IMG/VR virus record: IMGVR_UViG_3300037483_000742
Location: 1-64,000 of that record
Source: a virus
Length of the DNA: 64,000 nt
Direction: 5' to 3' (one strand)
In this document: one piece after another, positions 46,729 through 54,856 of the stretch
How the letters are laid out: each line of letters opens with the position of its first letter
Position numbering within the stretch: the stretch's first letter is position 1
Program-made: the position numbers and the translations under genes
The notes under the pieces: generated by a model
Database searches by the model: none
The model's input: only the letters and a program-made list of their open reading frames with translations
Told to the model about the DNA's origin: nothing

Positions 46729-46792
46729 CTCAACTGAATAGAGCATCACCCTTCTAAGGTGAGGGTTCTTGGTTTGAATCCAAGTGGGATCA
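46719..46792 (+). tRNA. tRNA-Arg(UCU)
   Basis: Cloverleaf: acceptor GGTCTCA/TGGGATC, anticodon arm TCACC-CTTCTAA-GGTGA; CCA not encoded. Confidence 0.9.
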
Positions 46793-46819
46793 CAATTAAC
46801 TTAATCAAAAAATATTTCC

Positions 46820-47059
46820 ATGAGAAAAATGATATACATTATGATAGGATTATTTGTTCTGTACATAATTTTGGTAACTGTAGTTTACAACAGTAACGAA
46901 CATTTTATTACTATCAGATATTTTGACAATAACAATGAAAACTTTCAAATGGCAACTGAAATTATATCACAAGATGCTAATTGTATTAAATTCAAAAACG
47001 AATTTGGTATGACACAAACAATTTGTGCTGAAAATATTTCTGTTACAGAATACAAATAA
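46820..47059 (+). CDS. Membrane-anchored hypothetical protein
   Basis: N-terminal hydrophobic helix. Confidence 0.6.
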   Translation: MRKMIYIMIGLFVLYIILVTVVYNSNEHFITIRYFDNNNENFQMATEIISQDANCIKFKNEFGMTQTICAENISVTEYK

Positions 47060-47067
47060 CAAATCTT

Positions 47068-47292
47068 ATGATAAATCCAGCAACAATTAAAGTAGGTGAC
47101 AAAGTTTACTATCAACCTGATCATTACAAAGCAGAAGATAAATATGAAAATGGTATTGTAAAAGAAGTACCAGAACATAGCACTGATTCTATTCGTGTAG
47201 TTTATAATTGTGCTGGTGATTGGAAGAATTATCAAAACTATACTTCTGCACTTACACATGTAAGAGATTTACATTTAGGTTGGAAACATTAA
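47068..47292 (+). CDS. Small SH3/KOW-like protein
   Basis: IKVGDKVYY...ENGIVK..IRVVY. Confidence 0.5.
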   Translation: MINPATIKVGDKVYYQPDHYKAEDKYENGIVKEVPEHSTDSIRVVYNCAGDWKNYQNYTSALTHVRDLHLGWKH

Positions 47293-47307
47293 TTAAAAAC
47301 TAAAGTT

Positions 47308-47826
47308 ATGAAAGTAATATTCTTAGACATTGATGGAGTACTTAATTTATGCTATGATTATTTACTTTCACAACAAGGTTTACCATCTCAAAGAGATGAT
47401 TATGGTAGTTCTTTTCATCCACATTTTGTAGAAAATCTTAAAAGATTAATTGAAGAAACAGATGCTAAAATTGTTATCAGTAGTACTTGGAGGTTATCAG
47501 GTTTAAGTATCATGAAAGAAATGTGGAAACATAGAAATCTTCCTGGAGAAATAATTGATATTACTCCTTGTTTTATGAGAACCAGAAATACTTCTCTTTG
47601 TAGAGGGGATGAAATTCAAGAATGGTTAAATAATCATATTGAAGTAACAAATTATGTTTACATTGATGATGATCATGTTGATGTAAATGAAAATCAATTA
47701 CCATATTTTATTAAGACTGCTGATAATTGTGATCACATAGATCATGTTCAAGGTTATGGTCTTACTAAAGAATGTACTGAAAAAGCAATTCAAATATTAA
47801 AAACATTGCCGTATAGTAGAGCGTAA
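47308..47826 (+). CDS. HAD-family phosphatase (HAD_SAK_2-like)
   Basis: FLDIDGVL, IVISSTWR, RGDEIQEWL and YVYIDD motifs. Confidence 0.85.
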   Translation: MKVIFLDIDGVLNLCYDYLLSQQGLPSQRDDYGSSFHPHFVENLKRLIEETDAKIVISSTWRLSGLSIMKEMWKHRNLPGEIIDITPCFMRTRNTSLCRGDEIQEWLNNHIEVTNYVYIDDDHVDVNENQLPYFIKTADNCDHIDHVQGYGLTKECTEKAIQILKTLPYSRA

Positions 47827-47955
47827 AAGGTAGAGGAGTAATGTCCATTGTATACAAGTTAGCATGGTAATGGCTTGTACAAGATACCACCATGAGCTTC
47901 TGTTATACGGCAGTACCATTGTTCTCCCTGGCTTACAGGTGTAGTCCAATAACAC

Positions 47956-47989
47956 AAAAACCCTTTGAGAGAAATCTCAAGGGGTTTTT
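47956..47989 (+). terminator. Intrinsic, possibly bidirectional, terminator
   Basis: AAAAACCCTTTGAGA-GAAA-TCTCAAGGGGTTTTT. Confidence 0.75.
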
Positions 47990-47994
47990 ATATT

Positions 47995-48068
47995 TCCTTC
48001 TTAGCTCAGTTGGTTAGAGCATCGCACTGTTAATGCGAGGGTCACTGGTTCAAGTCCAGTAGGGGGAG
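47995..48068 (+). tRNA. tRNA-Asn(GUU)
   Basis: Acceptor TCCTTCT/AGGGGGA, anticodon arm TCGCA-CTGTTAA-TGCGA, T-loop TTCAAGT. Confidence 0.93.
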
Positions 48069-48082
48069 CAAAAATCAATATT

Positions 48083-48256
48083 ATGACAAAAGCTAAATTT
48101 AAAACATTCAAAGAGATAACAAACTATCATACTTTCTTGTATGGAAATCTTTGGCATTTTGTAACACCGACAAAGACAACTAAGAAAGTATTAAGTAGAA
48201 TTTTAGCATTCAGACAAATGAATACTACTAAGCTTACTGAATATGGAAAGAATTAA
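48083..48256 (+). CDS. 57-aa hypothetical protein (not in ORF track)
   Basis: MTKAKFKTFKEITNYHTFLYGNLWHF...YGKN*. Confidence 0.45.
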   Translation: MTKAKFKTFKEITNYHTFLYGNLWHFVTPTKTTKKVLSRILAFRQMNTTKLTEYGKN

Positions 48257-48408
48257 ATATTTCTGAAGGACAAACAATTAAAAACTGAGAACCAGTTCAG
48301 AAATTTATTCTTACATACACAACTATAATTTTTCCGAGGCTGGAGATTAATTGGATGAAAGACCTATTCCTATTATGGTTGTGTATGTAATAATTTATTA
48401 AACATGTT

Positions 48409-48552
48409 ATGAAATCACCTAAACAAATTGTTGAAGAATTAAATGATCTTAAAGAACATATCTATGCTTTAGGTTCAGAATACTCTGATGCTTATTCTAG
48501 TGTCGATGATGCAGTTGACATTATCAATAAAGTAAAAGAAGAGGAAGAATAA
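48409..48552 (+). CDS. 47-aa acidic protein (not in ORF track)
   Basis: MKSPKQIVEELNDLKEHIYALGSEY...KEEEE*. Confidence 0.55.
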   Translation: MKSPKQIVEELNDLKEHIYALGSEYSDAYSSVDDAVDIINKVKEEEE

Positions 48553-48793
48553 AAACTAGCCCTGAATAATGATCATGTTTTATCTTGCATAAAAGATGAA
48601 TCCTCTTGTTGTATATAGAGTCCATTGCTTGAAGAGGCAAACTGTATACTGACTGAATTACAATTGCAACAGCCTAACATGGAAGGTGTGTTAAAGGTAT
48701 GAAAGTTTCAGGCATAAGTCAGAGAGATAGAAGGTAACCGCCTGTATTATCTCTCTGACTTTCATTTTAACCTATTTTAAATCCACCCACATT

Positions 48794-49597
48794 ATGCCAC
48801 AACCAGTAAAATTATTTTGTGTTAGTTGTTTAAATCATACACAACACATGCCAGGAGGAAATCCATTAGCTATGAATTGTGGCTGTGGTCAAATTTTTGT
48901 TGATCAATCTAAAAATACAATTCACAGAAATTTAGAAGCTATTGTAATGGTTGCAAAACATGAAGCTAAAGAGCATAATTGCAACTATAATATCATCTTA
49001 ATGAATCCTGTTGAAGGAGAATTAGGTGAAAGTAGTACTTATGAAATGGTTGCTGATTCTTATTTTGAAAAAGAAAGACCAAATGTAAAATTAATAGCAA
49101 CTACATTACAATTAGGTGTTATTGTTTATGATGAATGGTTGAAATATACTGAATATGAAAAAGCAGAATGTGATATTAAATTACATGATGGTACAATAAT
49201 TTATCATTGTTATCCTAATGCAGGAAAGTTTAATCCTATGTGTGCTGATTCAATTCAAGAAATTCCAGAAGATCAAGTTAAAGAAATAATGTATCGTAAA
49301 TATTACTTAGAAGGTTTGTGTAAGAGTAATAAATACAATTGCAATAAAATCGAAGGGAATGACAAAGAAGCTAGAAATCAACTTGGTGATCCAGGTGAAC
49401 AGTTTGCTCATTATGATCATGAAGTTAACAAAATCATAGATCATTTTAGTAATACAAGACATTATTCGGATGGAGGTAGAGCTATGAAAGCAGATATGAC
49501 CAGAAGATTTGTTTCTGTAAGAACTGAACCTAAGATTGGAAGAAATGAACCATGTACTTGTGGTTCTGGTAAAAAATATAAGAAGTGTTGCATGTAG
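48794..49597 (+). CDS. SEC-C motif protein
   Basis: C-terminal KIGRNEPCTCGSGKKYKKCC; N-terminal CxxC..CxC. Confidence 0.8.
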   Translation: MPQPVKLFCVSCLNHTQHMPGGNPLAMNCGCGQIFVDQSKNTIHRNLEAIVMVAKHEAKEHNCNYNIILMNPVEGELGESSTYEMVADSYFEKERPNVKLIATTLQLGVIVYDEWLKYTEYEKAECDIKLHDGTIIYHCYPNAGKFNPMCADSIQEIPEDQVKEIMYRKYYLEGLCKSNKYNCNKIEGNDKEARNQLGDPGEQFAHYDHEVNKIIDHFSNTRHYSDGGRAMKADMTRRFVSVRTEPKIGRNEPCTCGSGKKYKKCCM

Positions 49598-49612
49598 CAA
49601 CACTTCTTTTTT
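49580..49612 (+). terminator. Intrinsic terminator overlapping the SEC-C codons
   Basis: AAGAAGTGTTGC-atgta-GCAACACTTCTTTTTT. Confidence 0.65.
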
Positions 49613-49624
49613 AAAACATTAATT

Positions 49625-51886
49625 ATGGGAATGTATAAATCAGTTTGTAAACTGTGTGACAAACCTTTTATGTGGCACAGTTCAACAGGTTTCAGTGACA
49701 TTTGCTATGATTGTAGAAAAATAAACCTTCAGATACGAAATGATAGTAGTACTGAATTAAATCAAAAAAATAAAATGATAGAATTAAACAAACAACTTGC
49801 AATACAATTTGAAAAAATGTGTGCAACTGGTAAATTATTTAGGTCTGAAATTACCGGACAACAGATATGGGATTTGTATATCTCATCTTTTCCTAAAGAA
49901 CAGAATCCTATTTTCAGAGACCCAAACAGCTCACAACATAATTGTAATCTGTGTAATAACTTTTTACGTAGATATGGCAATATTGTAGCTATTGATGAGA
50001 ATTTGAAGATAATGACAATTTTTGATATTGAAGTTGATGAAGAATATTCAGCAACTATTCAAACTTTAAGTACAAAATTAAAGAAAGCAAAAATTGCTGA
50101 AATATTCCTTGAAACATTTCAAGAGCTTAATTCATTACCGTATGAATCTTGCACTAAAACAAATACAGTTTTTCAATTAGGAACAGCTAAAAATCATAAA
50201 CGTTATACAAAAGAAGAAGCTGAAAAATTTGGTGTAGTAAAACCAGATGAAATTCGTTCTTTTCATCACATGCATTTATTTTTACCTAAAATGTTTGTTG
50301 ATATAACTGGTAATTCTGTTGAATCAATTATGGCTGGTTACAGAGATGCTAAGAATGTATTTCAAAGAGCAATGGAAGAAATCTCTTTAGACACTTTAAA
50401 ATTGGTGCGTGACCTTATTAATCAAGGATCACTTCTTAATGGAGAAGCACATTTAAAGAAAATAGAAGAGATTATACCACTCAAAGAACAATATGATTCT
50501 TTAGCAGCTAAAGACCACAATAACTGGTGTTGGATTGTCAGCTACAGATTGCCTTATGCTAAATTCAAGAATGAACTTATTGGTGTTTTATGTTCAGAAT
50601 TATCTGAAGGTAAAGAGTTGAATGAAGCTTGTCAAGCTTGGAACAAAAGAGTTGATCCAGCTAATTATATGAAAGCAACAGCTCCTATTACTAAAAAACA
50701 AATTGAAGAAGCAAAAACTTTTGTTGAAGAAAATGGTTATTCTGAATCATTTGATAGAAGATGCGCAACACTTACAGACATTAAGGTTGATGAAATAAAA
50801 CATATCAATGCTGGTGATGGTAAAGTAAAATCAGTATCTGTATTTGACAGTGTTAAAGCAACTAGTACACGTCATAAGAGAAGCGAATTTGATGGTCTTG
50901 AAGAAGTTACTATTGATAAATTCATGAAAGATATTCTTCCAACATGTACTTCTGTCGAAGCTTATTTAAGTAATCGTCATGAAAAGAATATGGTCACAAT
51001 GACCACTACTAACAGACCAGAAAGTAAACCTATTTTCAAATGGGATAATAATTACTCCTGGACATTTAATGGCAATCTTGCTGGTAAATCAGAAATCAAA
51101 GAAGCTGTTAAATCTGAAGGTGGTAAAATAGATGGTGTTCTAAGATTCTCTATTATCTGGAATCAAGATGGTAAAGATATTCTTGATTTTGATGCTCATT
51201 GTAAAGAGCCTAGTGGAAGTGAAATCTACTTTAGCAATAAAGTAAGCAGAATCAGCGGGGGAACCTTAGATGTAGATATGATCAGACCTTCAAAATTAGG
51301 TGTTGAAAATATTACATGGCAATCTTTATCAAAGATGAAAGAAGGAGTCTATAAATTCTGGATTAGAAACTTTGATGGAGGTTCAAATAAAGGTTTTAAA
51401 GCTGAAATTGAATTTGATGGACAGATATTTTTATATGAGTATAATACTCCAGTGTCAGGTAGTAAAAAAGATATAATTATCGCTGAAGTAACTCTTAAAG
51501 ATGGTCAATTTTCAATTAAGCATATAACTCCTGAATCAGCAGTTTCTTCTAAAGATATTTATGCTTTAGAATCAAATCAATTTCATAAAGTAAACCTAGT
51601 TTGCTTATCTCCGAATCATTGGGGAAAAAATGAAATTGGTAATAAGCATTATTTCTTTATGCTTGAAGGTTGTAAATCACCTGTATCATTACGTAGTTTT
51701 CATAACGAGAATCTTAATGCAGAATTACTTGGTCACAGAAAAGTGATGGAAGTATTAGGCAATACAACTCATATTGAATCTATAGATAATCAATTATCAG
51801 GTCTTGGTTTCAATGCAACTGTAAGAGATGAGGTAATCGTTAAACTTGGCGGTACTCATAAAAGAATGATCAAAATCAAGTTTTAA
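49625..51886 (+). CDS. Large phage protein with a YfaP/DUF2135-like domain
   Basis: HNCNLCNNFLRRYG; LRFSIIWN..DFDAHCKEP..GGTLDVD..VENITW; alternative start at 49775. Confidence 0.65.
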   Translation: MGMYKSVCKLCDKPFMWHSSTGFSDICYDCRKINLQIRNDSSTELNQKNKMIELNKQLAIQFEKMCATGKLFRSEITGQQIWDLYISSFPKEQNPIFRDPNSSQHNCNLCNNFLRRYGNIVAIDENLKIMTIFDIEVDEEYSATIQTLSTKLKKAKIAEIFLETFQELNSLPYESCTKTNTVFQLGTAKNHKRYTKEEAEKFGVVKPDEIRSFHHMHLFLPKMFVDITGNSVESIMAGYRDAKNVFQRAMEEISLDTLKLVRDLINQGSLLNGEAHLKKIEEIIPLKEQYDSLAAKDHNNWCWIVSYRLPYAKFKNELIGVLCSELSEGKELNEACQAWNKRVDPANYMKATAPITKKQIEEAKTFVEENGYSESFDRRCATLTDIKVDEIKHINAGDGKVKSVSVFDSVKATSTRHKRSEFDGLEEVTIDKFMKDILPTCTSVEAYLSNRHEKNMVTMTTTNRPESKPIFKWDNNYSWTFNGNLAGKSEIKEAVKSEGGKIDGVLRFSIIWNQDGKDILDFDAHCKEPSGSEIYFSNKVSRISGGTLDVDMIRPSKLGVENITWQSLSKMKEGVYKFWIRNFDGGSNKGFKAEIEFDGQIFLYEYNTPVSGSKKDIIIAEVTLKDGQFSIKHITPESAVSSKDIYALESNQFHKVNLVCLSPNHWGKNEIGNKHYFFMLEGCKSPVSLRSFHNENLNAELLGHRKVMEVLGNTTHIESIDNQLSGLGFNATVRDEVIVKLGGTHKRMIKIKF

Positions 51887-51905
51887 ACTAACTAAATAAA
51901 AAATC

Positions 51906-52280
51906 ATGGCAAATAATTTTAAAGAGGCAGTAGTAAATAAAACTCGTGTCCAAACTCCAAAAGGAGCATTAAGTGCAGAACAATTATGTGAACTATCTAT
52001 TCCAGAATTAGATGGTTTAGCTGTTGAATTGGAAGAAGCTTATAAAGAATCAGGTAAGAAGTCTTTTGTAACTAAAAGTTCTGCTAAAAGCAAAGAAGCT
52101 AAACATAAGTTTGATTTAGTTCTTGAAATTCTGCAAATGAAAGTTGAAGAGCAAGAAATTGCTGCTGAGAAATTAGAAAACAAACAGCACAATGAAAGAA
52201 TCCTTGAACTCATTGCAGGTAAACAAGATGAAGAGCTGAAAGGTTTATCTATTGCTGAATTGAAGAAAAAACTTAAATAA
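51906..52280 (+). CDS. Coiled-coil partner protein of the upstream gene
   Basis: TPKGALSAEQLCEL...ELKGLSIAELKKKL. Confidence 0.6.
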   Translation: MANNFKEAVVNKTRVQTPKGALSAEQLCELSIPELDGLAVELEEAYKESGKKSFVTKSSAKSKEAKHKFDLVLEILQMKVEEQEIAAEKLENKQHNERILELIAGKQDEELKGLSIAELKKKLK

Positions 52281-52291
52281 CATTTAAGATA

Positions 52292-52362
52292 TGTCTCATC
52301 GTCTAGGGGTAGGACGCAAGCTTTTGGTGCTTGAAACTCAGGTTCGATTCCTGGTGAGACAT
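52292..52362 (+). tRNA. tRNA-Gln(UUG)
   Basis: Acceptor TGTCTCA/TGAGACA, anticodon arm CAAGC-TTTTGGT-GCTTG, T-loop TTCGATT. Confidence 0.9.
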
Positions 52363-52381
52363 CACAAACCATCAACAAATT

Positions 52382-53110
52382 ATGAGATCAGACTTACAAC
52401 TATTCATTAGAAGAACTAAAACCAGTTTAGTGCCAGAGAAAGATAATGTTGTTAAAGAAACTATGAGATATGTTTCCCAATTCTTTTTTGAAAGACAACA
52501 ACATCAAATAACATTTCTTACTTTACCTAGTGCATGGTGGAAATTTGAAATGAATATGCAGAATCATATTAGTGGAGTGTATGGAGGAAATAATTTAACA
52601 CCACCTTATCTAAGATTTATTGGATTTGAAAGAGAGTGGAAAATATTTCAACTAGCAAGTATCAATATTCCAAAAGATACTTATAACAGACCATTACAAT
52701 GTAAAAGAGATGAAGAGCTAAATTGTTCTATAGTCACAAACAGTAACAAACATGTATTGTATAATTGTGATGTATTTGAATATCTAAAATTAGCAAAAAG
52801 CAGAAAAGTTGAAGATGATCATAGATGTGATGTTGTATGGTTAGACCTTACAGTAGCTATTACACATGTAGCAGAAAAATTACATCATATCAAAAATGTA
52901 ATGAAGAAAGATTCTATTGTTATATTAACCTTAATGAAAGCCAGGGAGCATTTAAAATTACCTTTGGAAAGAGAGGAATATATTGATAGTATTATGCTTC
53001 CATTAGGTCTTGAAAAGATAAAAACATTTGTCTATAAAGATACCACACCAATGATTCATATTATTTACAAACAATCAGATCAAACTGTATACAAACAGGA
53101 TGTTCTTTAA
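52382..53110 (+). CDS. Rossmann-fold methyltransferase-like protein
   Basis: FLTLPS, FIGFERE, CDVFEYL, DVVWLDL and IVILTL follow the class I MTase strand order. Confidence 0.5.
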   Translation: MRSDLQLFIRRTKTSLVPEKDNVVKETMRYVSQFFFERQQHQITFLTLPSAWWKFEMNMQNHISGVYGGNNLTPPYLRFIGFEREWKIFQLASINIPKDTYNRPLQCKRDEELNCSIVTNSNKHVLYNCDVFEYLKLAKSRKVEDDHRCDVVWLDLTVAITHVAEKLHHIKNVMKKDSIVILTLMKAREHLKLPLEREEYIDSIMLPLGLEKIKTFVYKDTTPMIHIIYKQSDQTVYKQDVL

Positions 53111-53357
53111 AACAAAAACTATGCTGAAAATTGAAATAACTGGTAAAACTAAACCTAGATTAGATTTTCCAAAATTAATGATATTTGAAGAAGAGGGAGA
53201 AAAAACTATCATTCTTGCTTTTAAACAAGAAAGTGGGAACATCTGGGGAACAGTTATAGAATCCACTAATGAAGATGAAAAAATTGGTTATCATAGTCAA
53301 CGTTGGAATAGTGATAAATTTAAAGACTTTGTTGGAACAGTAACTATCAAAAGTTAA
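53100..53357 (+). CDS. Hypothetical protein
   Basis: FPKLMI...GTVI..IGYHSQRW..FKDFVGTVTI. Confidence 0.55.
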   Translation: MFFKTKTMLKIEITGKTKPRLDFPKLMIFEEEGEKTIILAFKQESGNIWGTVIESTNEDEKIGYHSQRWNSDKFKDFVGTVTIKS

Positions 53358-53487
53358 AACCTATTAGACTGTCTTATTCATTAAGACACGACAGATGAAA
53401 ATGAGAGAGATAGTGAGTAATTCATAATTATGAAAGTAACATGATTATCTCTCTCATTTATTTAAAAACCTATTAAACACAAAAAAC

Positions 53488-53817
53488 ATGAATACTACAA
53501 ATTTCAGTTTTACAGTAATAGCTAAGTTGGATTTATCTCATACAAATGGAGATAAAACATCTAAGCATGAAGGATTATCTTTTCTATTAGAACCGAGTGA
53601 AAATCTTTTTGCTCCTCAATACATAGACAAAGAAGGATTACCAACTAAAGAAGGTAGTGAAGTAATTATGAAAGTTCTTGTTTCTGCTTTAGCAGCTAAT
53701 ATTCATACCTCACATCAAAGTGTGTTCAAAGATAAAGAAGAACACTTAAAAGAAGTTATCAAAAGATTAGAAGAACAAGTTGCTTTAGAAGCTATAGCAA
53801 AAAAATCTATGATGTAG
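53488..53817 (+). CDS. Hypothetical protein
   Basis: 109-aa ORF. Confidence 0.6.
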   Translation: MNTTNFSFTVIAKLDLSHTNGDKTSKHEGLSFLLEPSENLFAPQYIDKEGLPTKEGSEVIMKVLVSALAANIHTSHQSVFKDKEEHLKEVIKRLEEQVALEAIAKKSMM

Positions 53818-53818
53818 T

Positions 53819-54253
53819 ATGGAAGATGTATTGATTTCATTTGAAACTGCACAATTGGCTAAAGAGAAAAAATTTGATCTTGAAGTTCAAGCTATGACAG
53901 TTGGAAAAGATTATCCAATTGTGTTTAATCCACAAGAAGAATCACCATACAATTGGAATAGTAAAGCAGGATATTCTATACCTACACAATCTTTATTACA
54001 AAAGTGGTTAAGAGAAAAGCATAAAATAATACTTTTTGTGCAACATGAAATTATTGATTCTTCTGAATCTGCTTATACTTGGGCTATAAAAATTTATATT
54101 CCAGATGGAATTGAAGGTACAAGTAAAAAAAGAGAATCTGATTTTTGGAAACGTATGGATTCTTTTAATCATGAACAAGCTTGGTGGAAGAGTTATGAAG
54201 AAGCTTTAGAAAAAGGATTACAAAAAAGTTTGAAATTATGCAAGAACAATTAA
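53819..54253 (+). CDS. Hypothetical protein, paralog A
   Basis: ISFETAQLAKEKKF, PTQSLLQKWLRE and SYEEALE motifs. Confidence 0.7.
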   Translation: MEDVLISFETAQLAKEKKFDLEVQAMTVGKDYPIVFNPQEESPYNWNSKAGYSIPTQSLLQKWLREKHKIILFVQHEIIDSSESAYTWAIKIYIPDGIEGTSKKRESDFWKRMDSFNHEQAWWKSYEEALEKGLQKSLKLCKNN

Positions 54254-54597
54254 TATCATTTGAAACAGCAATATTAGCTAAACAGAAAGGATTTAATTTA
54301 ATGGTACAGTTTGCTTATGATCTTAAAGGAGAAATAACTACTGCTACTAATTTAAAATATTTTGCTCCTACACAACCTTTTTTACAGAAATGGCTCAGAG
54401 ATGCTAAAGGAATAGAAATAACAATCATTCCTAATTACATTTATATTGTCTTCCCTTTAAAAAGAATGACAGATGCATTAGATAAATTAGAAAAAGATCA
54501 AACAATTGATCTTTTAGATTTAGCTAGTGAAATTGAATACAAAACTTATGAAGAAGCACTTGAAGTAGCATTAGTTGAAGCATTAAAACTTATTTAA
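54238..54597 (+). CDS. Hypothetical protein, paralog B
   Basis: ISFETAILAKQKGF, PTQPFLQKWLRD and TYEEALE motifs. Confidence 0.7.
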   Translation: MQEQLISFETAILAKQKGFNLMVQFAYDLKGEITTATNLKYFAPTQPFLQKWLRDAKGIEITIIPNYIYIVFPLKRMTDALDKLEKDQTIDLLDLASEIEYKTYEEALEVALVEALKLI

Positions 54598-54598
54598 C

Positions 54599-54856
54599 AT
54601 GAAAAAAGGAGATATAGTTAAATGTATTGATGATAAAAATCAACCTGAAGGAGCATGTGTTGTTGAAGGACAAGATTATGTTGTAATCTCAAGCAGGATG
54701 AATGATTATGGTCAAAGAATTGTATTTCTTGAAGGTGTTCCTAATAATGGTAGAACCAGTAAAGGATTAGAATGGAATGGCTATAATGCCAAAAGATTTG
54801 GTACTCCAATTAATTCTTCAGTTGAAGTAGAAGAAACAGAATTTGCTACAGCTTAA
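54599..54856 (+). CDS. Small SH3-like protein
   Basis: MKKGDIVKCID...YNAKRF. Confidence 0.55.
   Translation: MKKGDIVKCIDDKNQPEGACVVEGQDYVVISSRMNDYGQRIVFLEGVPNNGRTSKGLEWNGYNAKRFGTPINSSVEVEETEFATA

Noticed and set aside
48635-48700. c-di-GMP-I riboswitch suggested by GGCAAAC..GCAA..GCCTAA
   Set aside because: No GNRA-capped P2, no GAC-GCAAAG junction and no P3 base
46793-52381. tRNA-associated theta (HDV-like) ribozymes
   Set aside because: The sequence after each tRNA is a short A-rich leader running into an ATG
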